Below are positions 1 through 8,860 of a stretch of DNA of 64,000 nt, in pieces. Both the position numbers and the translations under genes were made by a program. Source of the stretch: Gammaproteobacteria bacterium. GTDB lineage: Bacteria > Pseudomonadota > Gammaproteobacteria > Ga0077536. The DNA lies in the NCBI GenBank assembly GCA_035325705.1, contig DAOKZI010000007.1, positions 50,189 to 114,188 of the forward strand, in the 5' to 3' direction. The number at the start of each line of letters is the position of its first letter. Within the stretch, counting starts at the first letter, position 1. The notes below the pieces were generated by a model. The model was not told the origin of the DNA, made no database searches, and saw only the letters and a program-made list of their open reading frames with translations.

Positions 1-693
1 CCGGCCGCGCCGCCCGCTGCGCCGGCGCCGGCGCTCGCGGACGCCGCGATCGCCGATCTGCCGCCGATCGCGGGCGTCGATGCCGCGACGCTGCTCGCCC
101 ACTGCGGCGACGACGCGAAGCTCGCCGCGGGGCTGCTGCGCGGCTTCGTTCGTGAATACCAAGCGGGCATCGGCGGCTGGAAAGCCTGGGTCGAAGCGGG
201 CGACTGGCCCGCCTTGCAGCGCGCGGCCCATACCTTGTTCGGCCTGCTGCGCACGCTGGGCGTCACCGAGCTGCTGGCGAGCGCGCAGCAGTTGGACGGC
301 GCCGCGCGGGCGCGCGACGCCGCTGCCTGCGCGACGCTGATCGAGGGCCTGGAGGCACGTCTCGCCGGAGTCCTCACCGCGGTCGAGCGCGCGTTGATGC
401 CGGACGCCGCGCCGTTCGAGTCGCGTGATGATCGCGCTCTCGACGCCGACGACGCGGCGCCCGTGCCGGACACGGCGGCCTTCGAGGGCTGGCTGCGCGA
501 GGGCGACAGCGCCGCCATCGAGTGGTGGCAGCAGCACGCGACTGCGCTCAGCGGCTGGCTCGGGCCCGCGCTCGCGCGCAAGCTCAATCAGGCGCTCGCC
601 CAGTTCGAGTTCGATGCCGCGCTCGAAGCCATCGCCGCGGCGCGACGCCGTGCAGACGCCCGCGCGCCCGCGGCTGCCGCGGAGGAAGCCTGA
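1..693 (+). CDS. C-terminal Hpt (histidine phosphotransfer) domain of a hybrid sensor kinase; 5' end lies upstream of the window
   Basis: Frame-1 ORF is open from nt 1. Hpt signature AAHTLFGLLRTLGVTEL (HxxKG-like). Stop TGA 691-693 overlaps the next ATG (TGATG). The position just upstream of a REC-HD-GYP gene mirrors the rpfC-rpfG arrangement. Confidence 0.6.
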   Translation, partial: PAAPPAAPAPALADAAIADLPPIAGVDAATLLAHCGDDAKLAAGLLRGFVREYQAGIGGWKAWVEAGDWPALQRAAHTLFGLLRTLGVTELLASAQQLDGAARARDAAACATLIEGLEARLAGVLTAVERALMPDAAPFESRDDRALDADDAAPVPDTAAFEGWLREGDSAAIEWWQQHATALSGWLGPALARKLNQALAQFEFDAALEAIAAARRRADARAPAAAAEEA

Positions 694-1859
694 TGTCGCC
701 GTTCGCGAGCGCTGCCGCGGCCGAGCAGTCGCTGCCCGAGGATCGCGCGACCGTATTGGTCGTCGACGATACGCCGGCCAATCTGACGCTGATGGCCAGC
801 GCCCTCGGTGCGCACTGGCGCGTGAAGCTCGCGAACTCCGGCGCGAAAGCCCTGGATCTCGCGCATCGCCAGGCGCCGGACGTGATCCTGCTCGACATCA
901 TGATGCCGGGCATGGACGGATACGAAACCTGCCGCCGGCTGAAGGCCGATCCCCAGTTGCGCGACGTGCCGGTGCTGTTCCTGACCGCGATGACGCAGCC
1001 CGAGGACGAGCTGCGGGGCTTCACCTGCGGCGGCGCCGACTTCATCCACAAGCCCTTCAATCCCTACACGGTGGTGGCGCGCGTACGCACGCACATCGAA
1101 GCAAAGGCGGGGCGCGATGCGCTGCGCTCGCGCGAGCAGTGGTTGAAGACCGAGCTCGACAAGCGTCTCGCCGAGGTTCATCGCCTGCGCGACGCCACGC
1201 TGCACGTGATGGCCTCCTTCGCCGAGTTCCGCGATCCGGACACCGGCGGCCACGTCCTGCGCACGCGCGAATACGTGCACATCCTCGCGCTGCGCCTGAA
1301 CGAAATGCCCGAGCGCTCTCGGCATCTGAGCCCGGAAGCGCTCGAGCAGGTGCTGCGCGCGGCGCCGCTGCACGATCTGGGCAAGGTCACGATACCCGAT
1401 CACATCCTCTTGAAGCCCGGCGCGCTGGACGACGCCGAGAAGCGCGTGATGCAGACCCACGCCGAACGCGGCTGGGACATGCTGCGGCTCGCCGCGCGCC
1501 TGATGGGCGAGGGCGGTGAGGAATGCCTGCGCGTCGCCATGCAGATCGCGCGTTCCCATCACGAGCGCTGGGACGGCGAAGGTTATCCGGACGGCCTGCG
1601 CGGCGAGGACGTCCCGCTCGCGGCGCGCCTGATGGCCGTCGCCGACGTGTACGACGCGATGCTCAGTCCGCGCTGCTACCGCAATGCCGGCGAGCACGCC
1701 CGGGCCAGCGCCTATATCGCGGCGAACGCCGGGCGGCATTTCGATCCGGTGATCGTGGAGGCCTTTCTTTCCACCGAGGATGCATTCCGCGCGGCCGCCC
1801 TGCGCCGCTTCGACGAAGACCGAACCAATACGCAAGCGAGGACTGCGAACGGTGTTTAG
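693..1859 (+). CDS. rpfG: Response regulator with REC and HD-GYP domains (c-di-GMP phosphodiesterase, RpfG-like)
   Basis: N-terminal REC (VLVVDD...DVILLDIMMPGMDGYE...). HD-GYP motifs HDLGK and HHERWDGEGYPDGL. Start codon overlaps the Hpt gene stop. Confidence 0.8.
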   Translation: MSPFASAAAAEQSLPEDRATVLVVDDTPANLTLMASALGAHWRVKLANSGAKALDLAHRQAPDVILLDIMMPGMDGYETCRRLKADPQLRDVPVLFLTAMTQPEDELRGFTCGGADFIHKPFNPYTVVARVRTHIEAKAGRDALRSREQWLKTELDKRLAEVHRLRDATLHVMASFAEFRDPDTGGHVLRTREYVHILALRLNEMPERSRHLSPEALEQVLRAAPLHDLGKVTIPDHILLKPGALDDAEKRVMQTHAERGWDMLRLAARLMGEGGEECLRVAMQIARSHHERWDGEGYPDGLRGEDVPLAARLMAVADVYDAMLSPRCYRNAGEHARASAYIAANAGRHFDPVIVEAFLSTEDAFRAAALRRFDEDRTNTQARTANGV

Positions 1860-3159
1860 CTCACGGAAGGCACCGTCGTGCCTGGCGGCAATCTTGATCT
1901 GCGGACTGGCGCCGATGGCGGCGTCCGCCCTCGAGCTCGCGTGGTCGAGCTTTGCGACGGTCGGCTATTCGAGATCCGACACGGACTTCCACTACCTGCG
2001 CTGGATCGACGAGGACGGCAGCTTTCGCAACGAAACCGTGGCCGGCCTGCAGCTCGATCTGCAGCTCGCGCCGCGCTGGTCGGCGACGATGCAGGTGCGC
2101 ATCGCCTCGGCGATGGACAGCGACGATCGCTGGGAAGTCGAGCCGAGCTGGGGCTTCCTCGCCTGGCGCCCGGCGGACGGCTGGCTGCTGCGCGCCGGCA
2201 AGCTGCGCGCGCCGCTGTACCTGTATTCGGAGGTGCTCGACGTCGGCGTCGCGCACGACATGGCGCGGCTGCCGGTGGAAATGTACGCGCTCTCGCCGGT
2301 CAACGAGGTGACCGGCGGCTCGCTCAGCTACGACTGGACGCTGGACGAGGCGGGCGACTATCTGCTGAACGTCACCGGCTACGGCGGCGTCACGACCGCC
2401 ACCGTTCGCGGCTGGGTTCCTGCCGGCATTCCCGGCCTGCTGCCCGCGGGTGCGTACTTCCTGGACAACGACGTCCTCGCCACCGGCCTGGTCTTGGATT
2501 TGTCCACGCCCGAAACGCGCGTGCGGCTCGGCCTGCTGCGCGCACGCGCGCGTCCCGACGTGCTGACGCCCAAGCGCTTTCCACGCGTCGATCTCGCGCC
2601 CGGTCTCGGCTATTACAAGGTCGATTCGGCCTTGCCGGGACCGCCGATCCAGTATCAGAAGATCCTGCACGACGATCTCATCACCCTGGGGCTCGATCGT
2701 CGCTTCGGCGACGGCTGGCGGGTCACCGCCGAGTACGCGCGCATCATCCAGCACGACGTGGATCTCGGCTCGGACTCGAACGGCGGCTATGTGGCGCTGT
2801 TCAAGGAATGGCCGCGCTTCACGCCCTATCTCAGTCTGAGCAAGCTGCGCTCTACCGACGGTCAGTTCGGGATCTATCGCAAGCTCCTCGGCGACCCGCT
2901 GCCGCCCGGCTCGCTGGGCGGTGCAGAGGCTGCGATCAACGCCGCGCAGGCGGCCGTCGCTGCCCAGTCCTATGTCACCGATCAACAATCGCTCGCGATC
3001 GGCACCTCGGTGCAGGTGCCGGGCGGCAAGCTCAAGCTCGAATGGGCGCACACCTGGGTCGATGAGACCTCGCGCCTGATCGACGAGCGGCCGACGGATC
3101 CGCTCATCCAGGACAGAGACTTCAATGTCTGGACCCTCAATTACAGTGTGGCCTTCTGA
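1852..3159 (+). CDS. Outer-membrane beta-barrel protein (porin-like)
   Basis: Signal peptide VFSSRKAPSCLAAILICGLAPMAASA|LE. Alternating beta-strand pattern and C-terminal ...YSVAF (terminal Phe). The GTG start at 1852 overlaps the rpfG stop; an alternative ATG lies at 1915. Confidence 0.6.
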   Translation: MFSSRKAPSCLAAILICGLAPMAASALELAWSSFATVGYSRSDTDFHYLRWIDEDGSFRNETVAGLQLDLQLAPRWSATMQVRIASAMDSDDRWEVEPSWGFLAWRPADGWLLRAGKLRAPLYLYSEVLDVGVAHDMARLPVEMYALSPVNEVTGGSLSYDWTLDEAGDYLLNVTGYGGVTTATVRGWVPAGIPGLLPAGAYFLDNDVLATGLVLDLSTPETRVRLGLLRARARPDVLTPKRFPRVDLAPGLGYYKVDSALPGPPIQYQKILHDDLITLGLDRRFGDGWRVTAEYARIIQHDVDLGSDSNGGYVALFKEWPRFTPYLSLSKLRSTDGQFGIYRKLLGDPLPPGSLGGAEAAINAAQAAVAAQSYVTDQQSLAIGTSVQVPGGKLKLEWAHTWVDETSRLIDERPTDPLIQDRDFNVWTLNYSVAF

Positions 3160-3170
3160 GGGTGCCGGCA

Positions 3171-3599
3171 ATGAGAACCTCGATTTTTTCTCGCACGCTG
3201 TGCCTGCTCGTGCTGCTCGGCTTGGCGACGCTGAGCCGTGCGGATTCCGGCGACGTCGTCGTCATCGGCCATCCCGGCCTGCCGAAGGTCGATCGCGCCG
3301 CGCTGGTACGGCTCTACACCGGCCGCTCGATCGAGCTCGCCGGCGCACTGGTCACGGTGATCAACGGTGCGCCGGGTTCGGCGGTTCGCCAGCACTTCCT
3401 GAACACGGTCGTGCGTATGGACGAAGCCCGCTACCGCGCCTACTGGACCGTCCGCCGCCACGTCGGCAAGGGCGTGCCGCCGCCCGAGCTGGCGCCGGAC
3501 GCGGCGGTGATCGCCTTCGTCAGCAGCACCCCCGGCAGCATCGGCTACATCAGCGCCGAGTCCGTCACCGAGGGACTCAACGTCATCGCGCGCTATTGA
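3171..3599 (+). CDS. Small periplasmic PstS/PBP-like single-lobe domain protein
   Basis: RBS GAGGG 12 nt upstream. Signal peptide MRTSIFSRTLCLLVLLGLATLSRA. Motifs LYTGRSIELAG..V.NGAPGS.VRQHF and PGSIGYISAESV resemble one lobe of phosphate-binding PBPs. Confidence 0.5.
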   Translation: MRTSIFSRTLCLLVLLGLATLSRADSGDVVVIGHPGLPKVDRAALVRLYTGRSIELAGALVTVINGAPGSAVRQHFLNTVVRMDEARYRAYWTVRRHVGKGVPPPELAPDAAVIAFVSSTPGSIGYISAESVTEGLNVIARY

Positions 3600-3680
3600 G
3601 CCGCCTGCGCTGCCGGAACTGCACCGAATCCAGCCACGGAGGGCATGGAGGAAGAAAGGATTGTTCGGAGCTCGTCGTTT

Positions 3681-3776
3681 TCGTAGCCCGGGTGGAGCGC
3701 GCAGCGCGCAACCCGGGATCGGGCATTTCGGCTGAATGCAGATCCCGGGTTCCGCTCCGCTGCACCCGGGCTACGA
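3681..3776. repeat. REP-like type-A element
   Basis: TCGTAGCCCGGGTGGAGCGCGCAGCGCGCAACCCGGGATCGGG ... GATCCCGGGTTCCGCTCCGCTGCACCCGGGCTACGA. Confidence 0.85.
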
Positions 3777-3801
3777 CAGGCCTATGCGAGGCACCCGCCT
3801 T

Positions 3802-3902
3802 TCGTAGCCCGGGTGGAGCGCGCAGCGCGTAACCCGGGATCTTCGGTGCGGTGTGGCCGCTCGAAGATCCCGGGTTCCGCTACGCTGCACCCGGGCTACG
3901 AG
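3802..3902. repeat. REP-like type-A element
   Basis: Same arms as 3681-3776, 25 bp downstream. Confidence 0.85.
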
Positions 3903-4075
3903 ACTCCGAACGATTCTTTCTTTCTCCGAGGATGTCATCGTCCCGTCGCGCCGCGATGATGCAATGCGCCGGCGGCACCGCTCGGGCGTGGGGCAGACGA
4001 AATTTCGCGTACCATCGACAGCGGGACGAGCCGCGGCTCGACTCGTATCCCAGATCACCAGGAGGGACAGCGTTC

Positions 4076-5050
4076 ATGGCATACACGGCAGATTTCGAGC
4101 AGTTCAGGTTCGGTGCACTGGCGGGCGATGCCTTCAAAGGCAAGTGCGTCCTGATCACGGGCTCGGGCAAGGACGGCGGCATCGGGCAGGCGCTCGCGCT
4201 GGCCGCCGTCGCCAACGGCGCCGATGTCGTCGGCGTGCATTTCCACAGCAGCTATCGCGACGGCTTCGATCTCGTCGATGCGATCCGCGCCCACGGCGCG
4301 AAGGCCTATGCGGTGCAGGCCGACGTCACCAATACGCGCGACCTGTGGGCATCGCGCCATTACATCATCGAGCAGAACGGCGGGCGCGCGCCCGATCTGA
4401 TCATCTGCAACTCGGGTCTCACCGAAAAGGGCTATCGCTTCGGTCGCGCCCTGCCCGAAGTCGAGAACGAGAGCAAGGCCGAACGGCGCGCGCGCGTGCG
4501 GCGTGATTTCATCGAGAACCTCGCCGAGTCGAGACTGGTGATGAACACCAAGATCGACGGCTTCGTCGCAATGACGCATCTATGGGCGGGCGAAGCGGTC
4601 TATCACCAGCAGCCGCTGCAGTTGATGTACATCTCCTCGATGCAGGCGATCGAGCCGGGCGTCGCCGTGCCGGGCTATGTCGTCGCCAACTGGGCGGTGC
4701 TGAAGCTGCCCGAAGTGCTGAAGGTCAACCTCGGCAAGGCCTCGAACATGGTCAGCGCCGCGTGCCTGATGCTGCCCTTCGTGCGCACGGGCATGACCGA
4801 AGAGTATGCGGACAATCCGAAGGTCTTCGGACGCTGGCAGCCGCGCATGCTCGAGCCCTTCGAGGCCGCGGGCAGCGTCGCCCAGCTCCTGGCGCGACCG
4901 GCGGCGGAGCTCAATCTCGGCAACTTCAAGCTCTGCGTGTCGGGGACGGCGGAGGAGACGAAGCTGTCCTGGTCGCAGATCAAGCTCGAAGTCAGCGATC
5001 AGCCGCTCGCCTGGAGCAACGACCAGCCGATCGTGCACAAGCGCGGCTGA
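4076..5050 (+). CDS. Atypical SDR-family oxidoreductase (enoyl-reductase-like)
   Basis: RBS AGGAGGGA 8 nt upstream of ATG. Rossmann motif ITGSGKDGGIGQA. Ser/Tyr/Lys region ...YISSMQ...PGYVVANWAVLK has non-classical spacing. Confidence 0.7.
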   Translation: MAYTADFEQFRFGALAGDAFKGKCVLITGSGKDGGIGQALALAAVANGADVVGVHFHSSYRDGFDLVDAIRAHGAKAYAVQADVTNTRDLWASRHYIIEQNGGRAPDLIICNSGLTEKGYRFGRALPEVENESKAERRARVRRDFIENLAESRLVMNTKIDGFVAMTHLWAGEAVYHQQPLQLMYISSMQAIEPGVAVPGYVVANWAVLKLPEVLKVNLGKASNMVSAACLMLPFVRTGMTEEYADNPKVFGRWQPRMLEPFEAAGSVAQLLARPAAELNLGNFKLCVSGTAEETKLSWSQIKLEVSDQPLAWSNDQPIVHKRG

Positions 5051-5052
5051 AC

Positions 5053-6036
5053 GTGCCGCAGGCCCTCGCCGCGCGGCTCGCGCAGGTCCCGCTGTGCGCG
5101 GACTTCGCGCCGGCCGCGCGCGAGGCGCTGGCGCGGCTCGGCAGCGTGGAGACGCTCGCGCCCGGCGCGACGCTGATCCGGCAGGGGCGGCCGGCAGACG
5201 CCGGCTTTGCGCTGCTCGAGGGCGAGCTCGACATTTGCCGGCGCTTGCCGGGCGGCGGTGAGCTCGCGCTCGGCACGCTCGTGGCGCCCGCGCTGGTCGG
5301 CGAGCTGGGGCTGGTCGCCGAAGTGCCGCGCACCGCGGACGTGCGCGCGCGCGGCGCGGCGAGCGTCCTGCGCTGGGATCGCAGGCTCCTGGCCGCGGCC
5401 TGCCTCGTGCACGACGAGACGGCGCTGGCCTTCGCGCGCCGCGTCGTCCGGCGCATCGCCGAGCTCGATGCAGCGCTGCTCGCGCGCCTTGCCGAGGCCG
5501 CGAGCGCGCCGCCGGCGCGGCCCGCGCCGCAGATTGCGGGGGCGCGGGATCGGCCCTTCGATCACGCGGCTTTTCTCGCGCTGCTCAAACCTTGCCAAGG
5601 CATGGACGCCGCGCTGCGTGTAGCGCTCGTCGCCGCCACCGAGGTGCGCGAGCTCGCGGCGGGTGAACGCGTGTACGCGGCCGGCAGCCCGGTCGACGGC
5701 GTCGCGCTCGTGCTGCGCGGCGCGCTCGAGCTGCGGCCGGCGGACGAGCGCTGCGCTGCCCTGCAGATTTTGGGGCCCGGCGCCTTTGCCGGACTGCCCG
5801 CGGCCCTCCTCGGCGGCTCGCACGCCGTGAGCTGCTACGCGCGCGAGCACGGCGTCCTGCGCTGGCTCGCGAAGGAGCGGTTCGATGCGCTCTATCTGGC
5901 GCCCGAGCGCCTCGGGCTCGCGCTGCGTGAGGCCGTGGCGGGCTTCGTCGCCGACACGGCGCTAGTCCTCAGCAACCGCCTCGCCCAGCAGCAGGGCCTG
6001 CGCCGCGCGCAAGCCCTGCTCGCCCGCCAGGCCTGA
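5053..6036 (+). CDS. Protein with two tandem cyclic-nucleotide-binding (CAP-effector-like) domains and no recognisable output domain
   Basis: GTG start 2 nt after the SDR stop. Two repeats of ...GxxLxRQGxPADxxFALLEGELD...VGELGLV... No HTH at the C-terminus. Confidence 0.6.
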   Translation: MPQALAARLAQVPLCADFAPAAREALARLGSVETLAPGATLIRQGRPADAGFALLEGELDICRRLPGGGELALGTLVAPALVGELGLVAEVPRTADVRARGAASVLRWDRRLLAAACLVHDETALAFARRVVRRIAELDAALLARLAEAASAPPARPAPQIAGARDRPFDHAAFLALLKPCQGMDAALRVALVAATEVRELAAGERVYAAGSPVDGVALVLRGALELRPADERCAALQILGPGAFAGLPAALLGGSHAVSCYAREHGVLRWLAKERFDALYLAPERLGLALREAVAGFVADTALVLSNRLAQQQGLRRAQALLARQA

Positions 6037-6060
6037 CGCGAGGCGCCCGAGCGGCGCGCC

Positions 6061-6984
6061 TCAAAGTCGGATCTCGCTCGACTCCACGCGCAGGCCCCGC
6101 GCGTCGCGCTCCACGCAGAGCAGTCCGTATTCGGGCACCTCGATCCATGAAGTGTGATCGGCGGTCAAAGGCTCGGAGGCGATCAGCACGGCGTCGGCCG
6201 CGTCTTCGCCGCCGATCATCTGCCATTCGCCGTCATGCAAGCCGAAGTCGCGACCGAGCGTGTACCACAGGCTCAGATAGCGCAGATTCGCCTCGTTGAC
6301 GCGCGCCGGATCGTCGGTGCGGTAGCGACCGTAGTCGAAGCAATGCCGCACGCCGAGCGCGCGCTCGCCGTCGGCGATGAAGAGATTGGTCGACGAGGCT
6401 ATCGTGATGCCGGCGGCGCGCCGCGCGCGGGCGACGATCGCGAGCGCGTCGAGCACGGCCTGCGACAGCGCGCGTCCGTCGTAGGCCTGCGGCTGCGACA
6501 GGCGCGATACCACGAGCGCGGCGATCCACTCGCTGTCCGTGGTGCCGGCGATCTGGCGCCGAATGTCCGGCGCGATTTCGCGCGCGAGCTCGTCGCGGTA
6601 GTCGGCGAGCCGGTACAGATCCCCGTTGTGCGCGAGCGCGAGCGGGCAGCCGGCGAAGGCAAAGGGATGCGTGTTCTGCAGCGAGATCGTGACCTCCGTG
6701 CTGTAGGGCACGCCGCGCACGTGCGCGAGCAGCGCGCTGGCGTGCACCTTCTGCGCAAGCGCCTTCAGGTTGCGATCGAATACCGGCAGCGCGGTCGAAC
6801 GGTATTCGTAGGGACGCGCCGGATCGGCCGAGTCGCGATCCCAGGCCAGCATGCCGAAGCCCGCCAGGTTCAGCAGATGCAGCATCCGCGGATTGAAAGA
6901 CTGCCGCACCAGCGCGCTGTCGGGCTGGAACAGCAGACGATCGAGCAGCACCGGCGGGCCGAGATAGAGCAGGGCGCGGCACAT
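6061..6984 (-). CDS. Class II (Ntn-type) glutamine amidotransferase domain protein
   Basis: Begins MCR (Cys2 nucleophile after Met removal). YafJ/GATase_4-like pattern. 307 aa. Confidence 0.65.
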   Translation of the reverse strand: MCRALLYLGPPVLLDRLLFQPDSALVRQSFNPRMLHLLNLAGFGMLAWDRDSADPARPYEYRSTALPVFDRNLKALAQKVHASALLAHVRGVPYSTEVTISLQNTHPFAFAGCPLALAHNGDLYRLADYRDELAREIAPDIRRQIAGTTDSEWIAALVVSRLSQPQAYDGRALSQAVLDALAIVARARRAAGITIASSTNLFIADGERALGVRHCFDYGRYRTDDPARVNEANLRYLSLWYTLGRDFGLHDGEWQMIGGEDAADAVLIASEPLTADHTSWIEVPEYGLLCVERDARGLRVESSEIRL

Positions 6985-7077
6985 CGTGAGACTTCCTCGC
7001 GCGCGGCGTCGACGGCGGCGCGACGCACGCGTAGATTGCAGGGACTCCGGATTTCACCCTAGCCCAGGAAGCGCGGC

Positions 7078-7848
7078 ATGTCAGGACTCTTTTCCATCGC
7101 CGGCAAGACGGCGCTCGTCACCGGCGGCTCGCGCGGCATCGGGCTGATGATCGCGCGCGCCTACGTCGCGGCGGGCGCGAAGGTCTACGTCTCTTCGCGC
7201 AAGGCCGCCGCCTGCGCAGCCGCGGCCGCGGAGCTGTCCGCGCTGGGCGAGTGCCTCGCGCTGCCGGCGGACGTCTCCAACATGCAGGACATCGCGCGCC
7301 TCGGCGAGGCGCTGCGCGAGCGCGAGGGACGGCTCGACATCCTCGTCAACAATGCCGGCGCGGCCTGGGGCGCGCCCTTCGGCGCCTTTCCGGAACAGGG
7401 CTGGGACAAGGTGATGAATGTGAACGTGAAAGGCCCGTTCTTCCTGACGCAGACCCTGCTGCCCCTGCTGGAAGCCGCCGCGAGGCCGGACGATCCCGCG
7501 CGCGTGATCAACATCGGCTCGGTCGACGGCCTGCACGCGCCGCTGTTCGAGAATTTCTCGTACGGCCCCTCGAAGGCGGCCGTGCATCAGTTGACGCGCA
7601 TGCTCGCCGCGCCTCTCGCCAAGAAGTCGATCACGGTCAACGCGATCGCGCCCGGGCCCTTCGCCACCGACATGATGGCGCCGATGACGGCGAAGATGGG
7701 CGATCGCATCCTCGGCAGTGTGCCGCTCGGGCGCATGGGTGGGCAGGACGACATCGGCGGCATCGCGATCTGCCTCGCCGCGCGCGCCGGAGCCTACGTG
7801 ACGGGCACCGTCATTCCGGTCGACGGCGGCCTGTTCGCCGCGAGCTGA
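7078..7848 (+). CDS. SDR family NAD(P)-dependent oxidoreductase (RhlG/FabG-like beta-ketoacyl reductase)
   Basis: TGGSRGIG glycine motif, NNAG, YGPSKAA (YxxxK). 256 aa. Confidence 0.85.
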   Translation: MSGLFSIAGKTALVTGGSRGIGLMIARAYVAAGAKVYVSSRKAAACAAAAAELSALGECLALPADVSNMQDIARLGEALREREGRLDILVNNAGAAWGAPFGAFPEQGWDKVMNVNVKGPFFLTQTLLPLLEAAARPDDPARVINIGSVDGLHAPLFENFSYGPSKAAVHQLTRMLAAPLAKKSITVNAIAPGPFATDMMAPMTAKMGDRILGSVPLGRMGGQDDIGGIAICLAARAGAYVTGTVIPVDGGLFAAS

Positions 7849-7857
7849 GCCGCACGC

Positions 7858-7890
7858 GACGAACCCCGCCGAGGCGGGGTTCGTGACCGA
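7858..7890. terminator. Bidirectional stem-loop between convergent genes
   Basis: GAACCCCGCC-GAGGC-GGGGTTC is a perfect 9-10 bp GC-rich stem between the 3' ends of the SDR (+) and the VPLPA-CTERM gene (-). Confidence 0.5.
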
Positions 7891-7905
7891 GCCTGGAAAC
7901 AGGCT

Positions 7906-8688
7906 TCAGCCGCGACGCCGGCCGCGCCAGGCCAGCGCGCCGAGCGCCGAACCGAGCAGCCATACGCCGGCCGGCAGCGGCACCGGCGTCTGTTCGAAGT
8001 CGCCCGAGATCAGCGCAGCACCGACCCTGCCTTCCGGCGCATAGGGAATATTGGCCCAGGGGCTCACGTCGCCCAGTGCCTCCCAGCTCGCGAATTGCGT
8101 GGTGGCGCCGTCGAACGAATGGTCCTCGAAGCCGCCGTTGTCGATGAGCTCGCCGTTGAGCATGACCCGATCGAGCACGAGGCCGCTGAAGACCACGGTG
8201 TCGACGGTATCGACGACGGCGAAGCCGATGCGGTATTCGCCGGCGGCATCGAAGCTCACCGTGTGAGTGCGGTAGTAATTGCCGTTGTCCGGGGCGAGCC
8301 GATCGGAGAAGGGATTGCCGGGTTCCGAGTGCTCGGTGGCGTCGGCGCTGTCGGCGAGCAGCGTCAGCGCGCCGTTCAGGCTGAAGAAGCCGAAGTCGAG
8401 AATGTCGTTGCCGGCCGCCACTTCGTCGGTGCCGAAGAACCAGTCGAAACTGAGCGTGTCACCGGCCTCGACGGTGAGCACGCGGCCGATCGCGACGCCG
8501 CGCGTCATCACGCCTTCGCGATTGTTTTCGTCGACCCTCCCGCTCATCGGGTTGATGGCTTCCATCTGCGCGAGCGTGGTGCCGAGGAAACTCGCCACGT
8601 CTTCGACCGGGGCCGACAGCGCGTGGCTCGCCAACGGAGTCGCCAGCCCTGCCAGAAGCAGCGCGGCATTGACAGCATGCAGATTCAT
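7906..8688 (-). CDS. Secreted protein with a C-terminal VPLPA/PEP-CTERM sorting signal (predicted exosortase substrate)
   Basis: N-terminal signal MNLHAVNAALLLAGLATPLASHA. C-terminus ...TPVPLPAGVWLLGSALGALAWRGRRRG has the Pro motif, a TM helix and an Arg cluster. Confidence 0.7.
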   Translation of the reverse strand: MNLHAVNAALLLAGLATPLASHALSAPVEDVASFLGTTLAQMEAINPMSGRVDENNREGVMTRGVAIGRVLTVEAGDTLSFDWFFGTDEVAAGNDILDFGFFSLNGALTLLADSADATEHSEPGNPFSDRLAPDNGNYYRTHTVSFDAAGEYRIGFAVVDTVDTVVFSGLVLDRVMLNGELIDNGGFEDHSFDGATTQFASWEALGDVSPWANIPYAPEGRVGAALISGDFEQTPVPLPAGVWLLGSALGALAWRGRRRG

Positions 8689-8860
8689 CGAGAAATCCTT
8701 TTATCTTGCCTTCCGTGGAGGTCCGTGCAGTGCTGCGGCACCGCACGCCGGCATTATGAGGACAGGACGCGCGCCGGCTCAATAGTGCGGCATCGCCCGA
8801 TTCTCTTTTGCCTGCCGTCGGAGATCGACTCCGGCGGCCGGGCCGGTTCAGCAGTGCCGA

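Noticed and set aside
425-1835. Long ORFs 425-1519 (+), 588-1835 (-) and 522-692 (+ upstream extension) overlapping rpfG
   Set aside because: They are Ala/Arg/Pro-rich, out-of-frame or antisense to a well-supported REC-HD-GYP gene. This is the typical high-GC ORF artefact.
1861-3171. 436-aa minus-strand ORF and 395-aa plus-strand ORF overlapping the OMP gene
   Set aside because: Low-complexity R/A/G composition. The OMP frame has a signal peptide, amphipathic strands and a C-terminal Phe.
4582-5052. Upstream 157-codon extension of the cNMP-binding ORF
   Set aside because: It overlaps the SDR gene in another frame. The CNB domain starts right after the SDR stop, so a GTG at 5053 was chosen.
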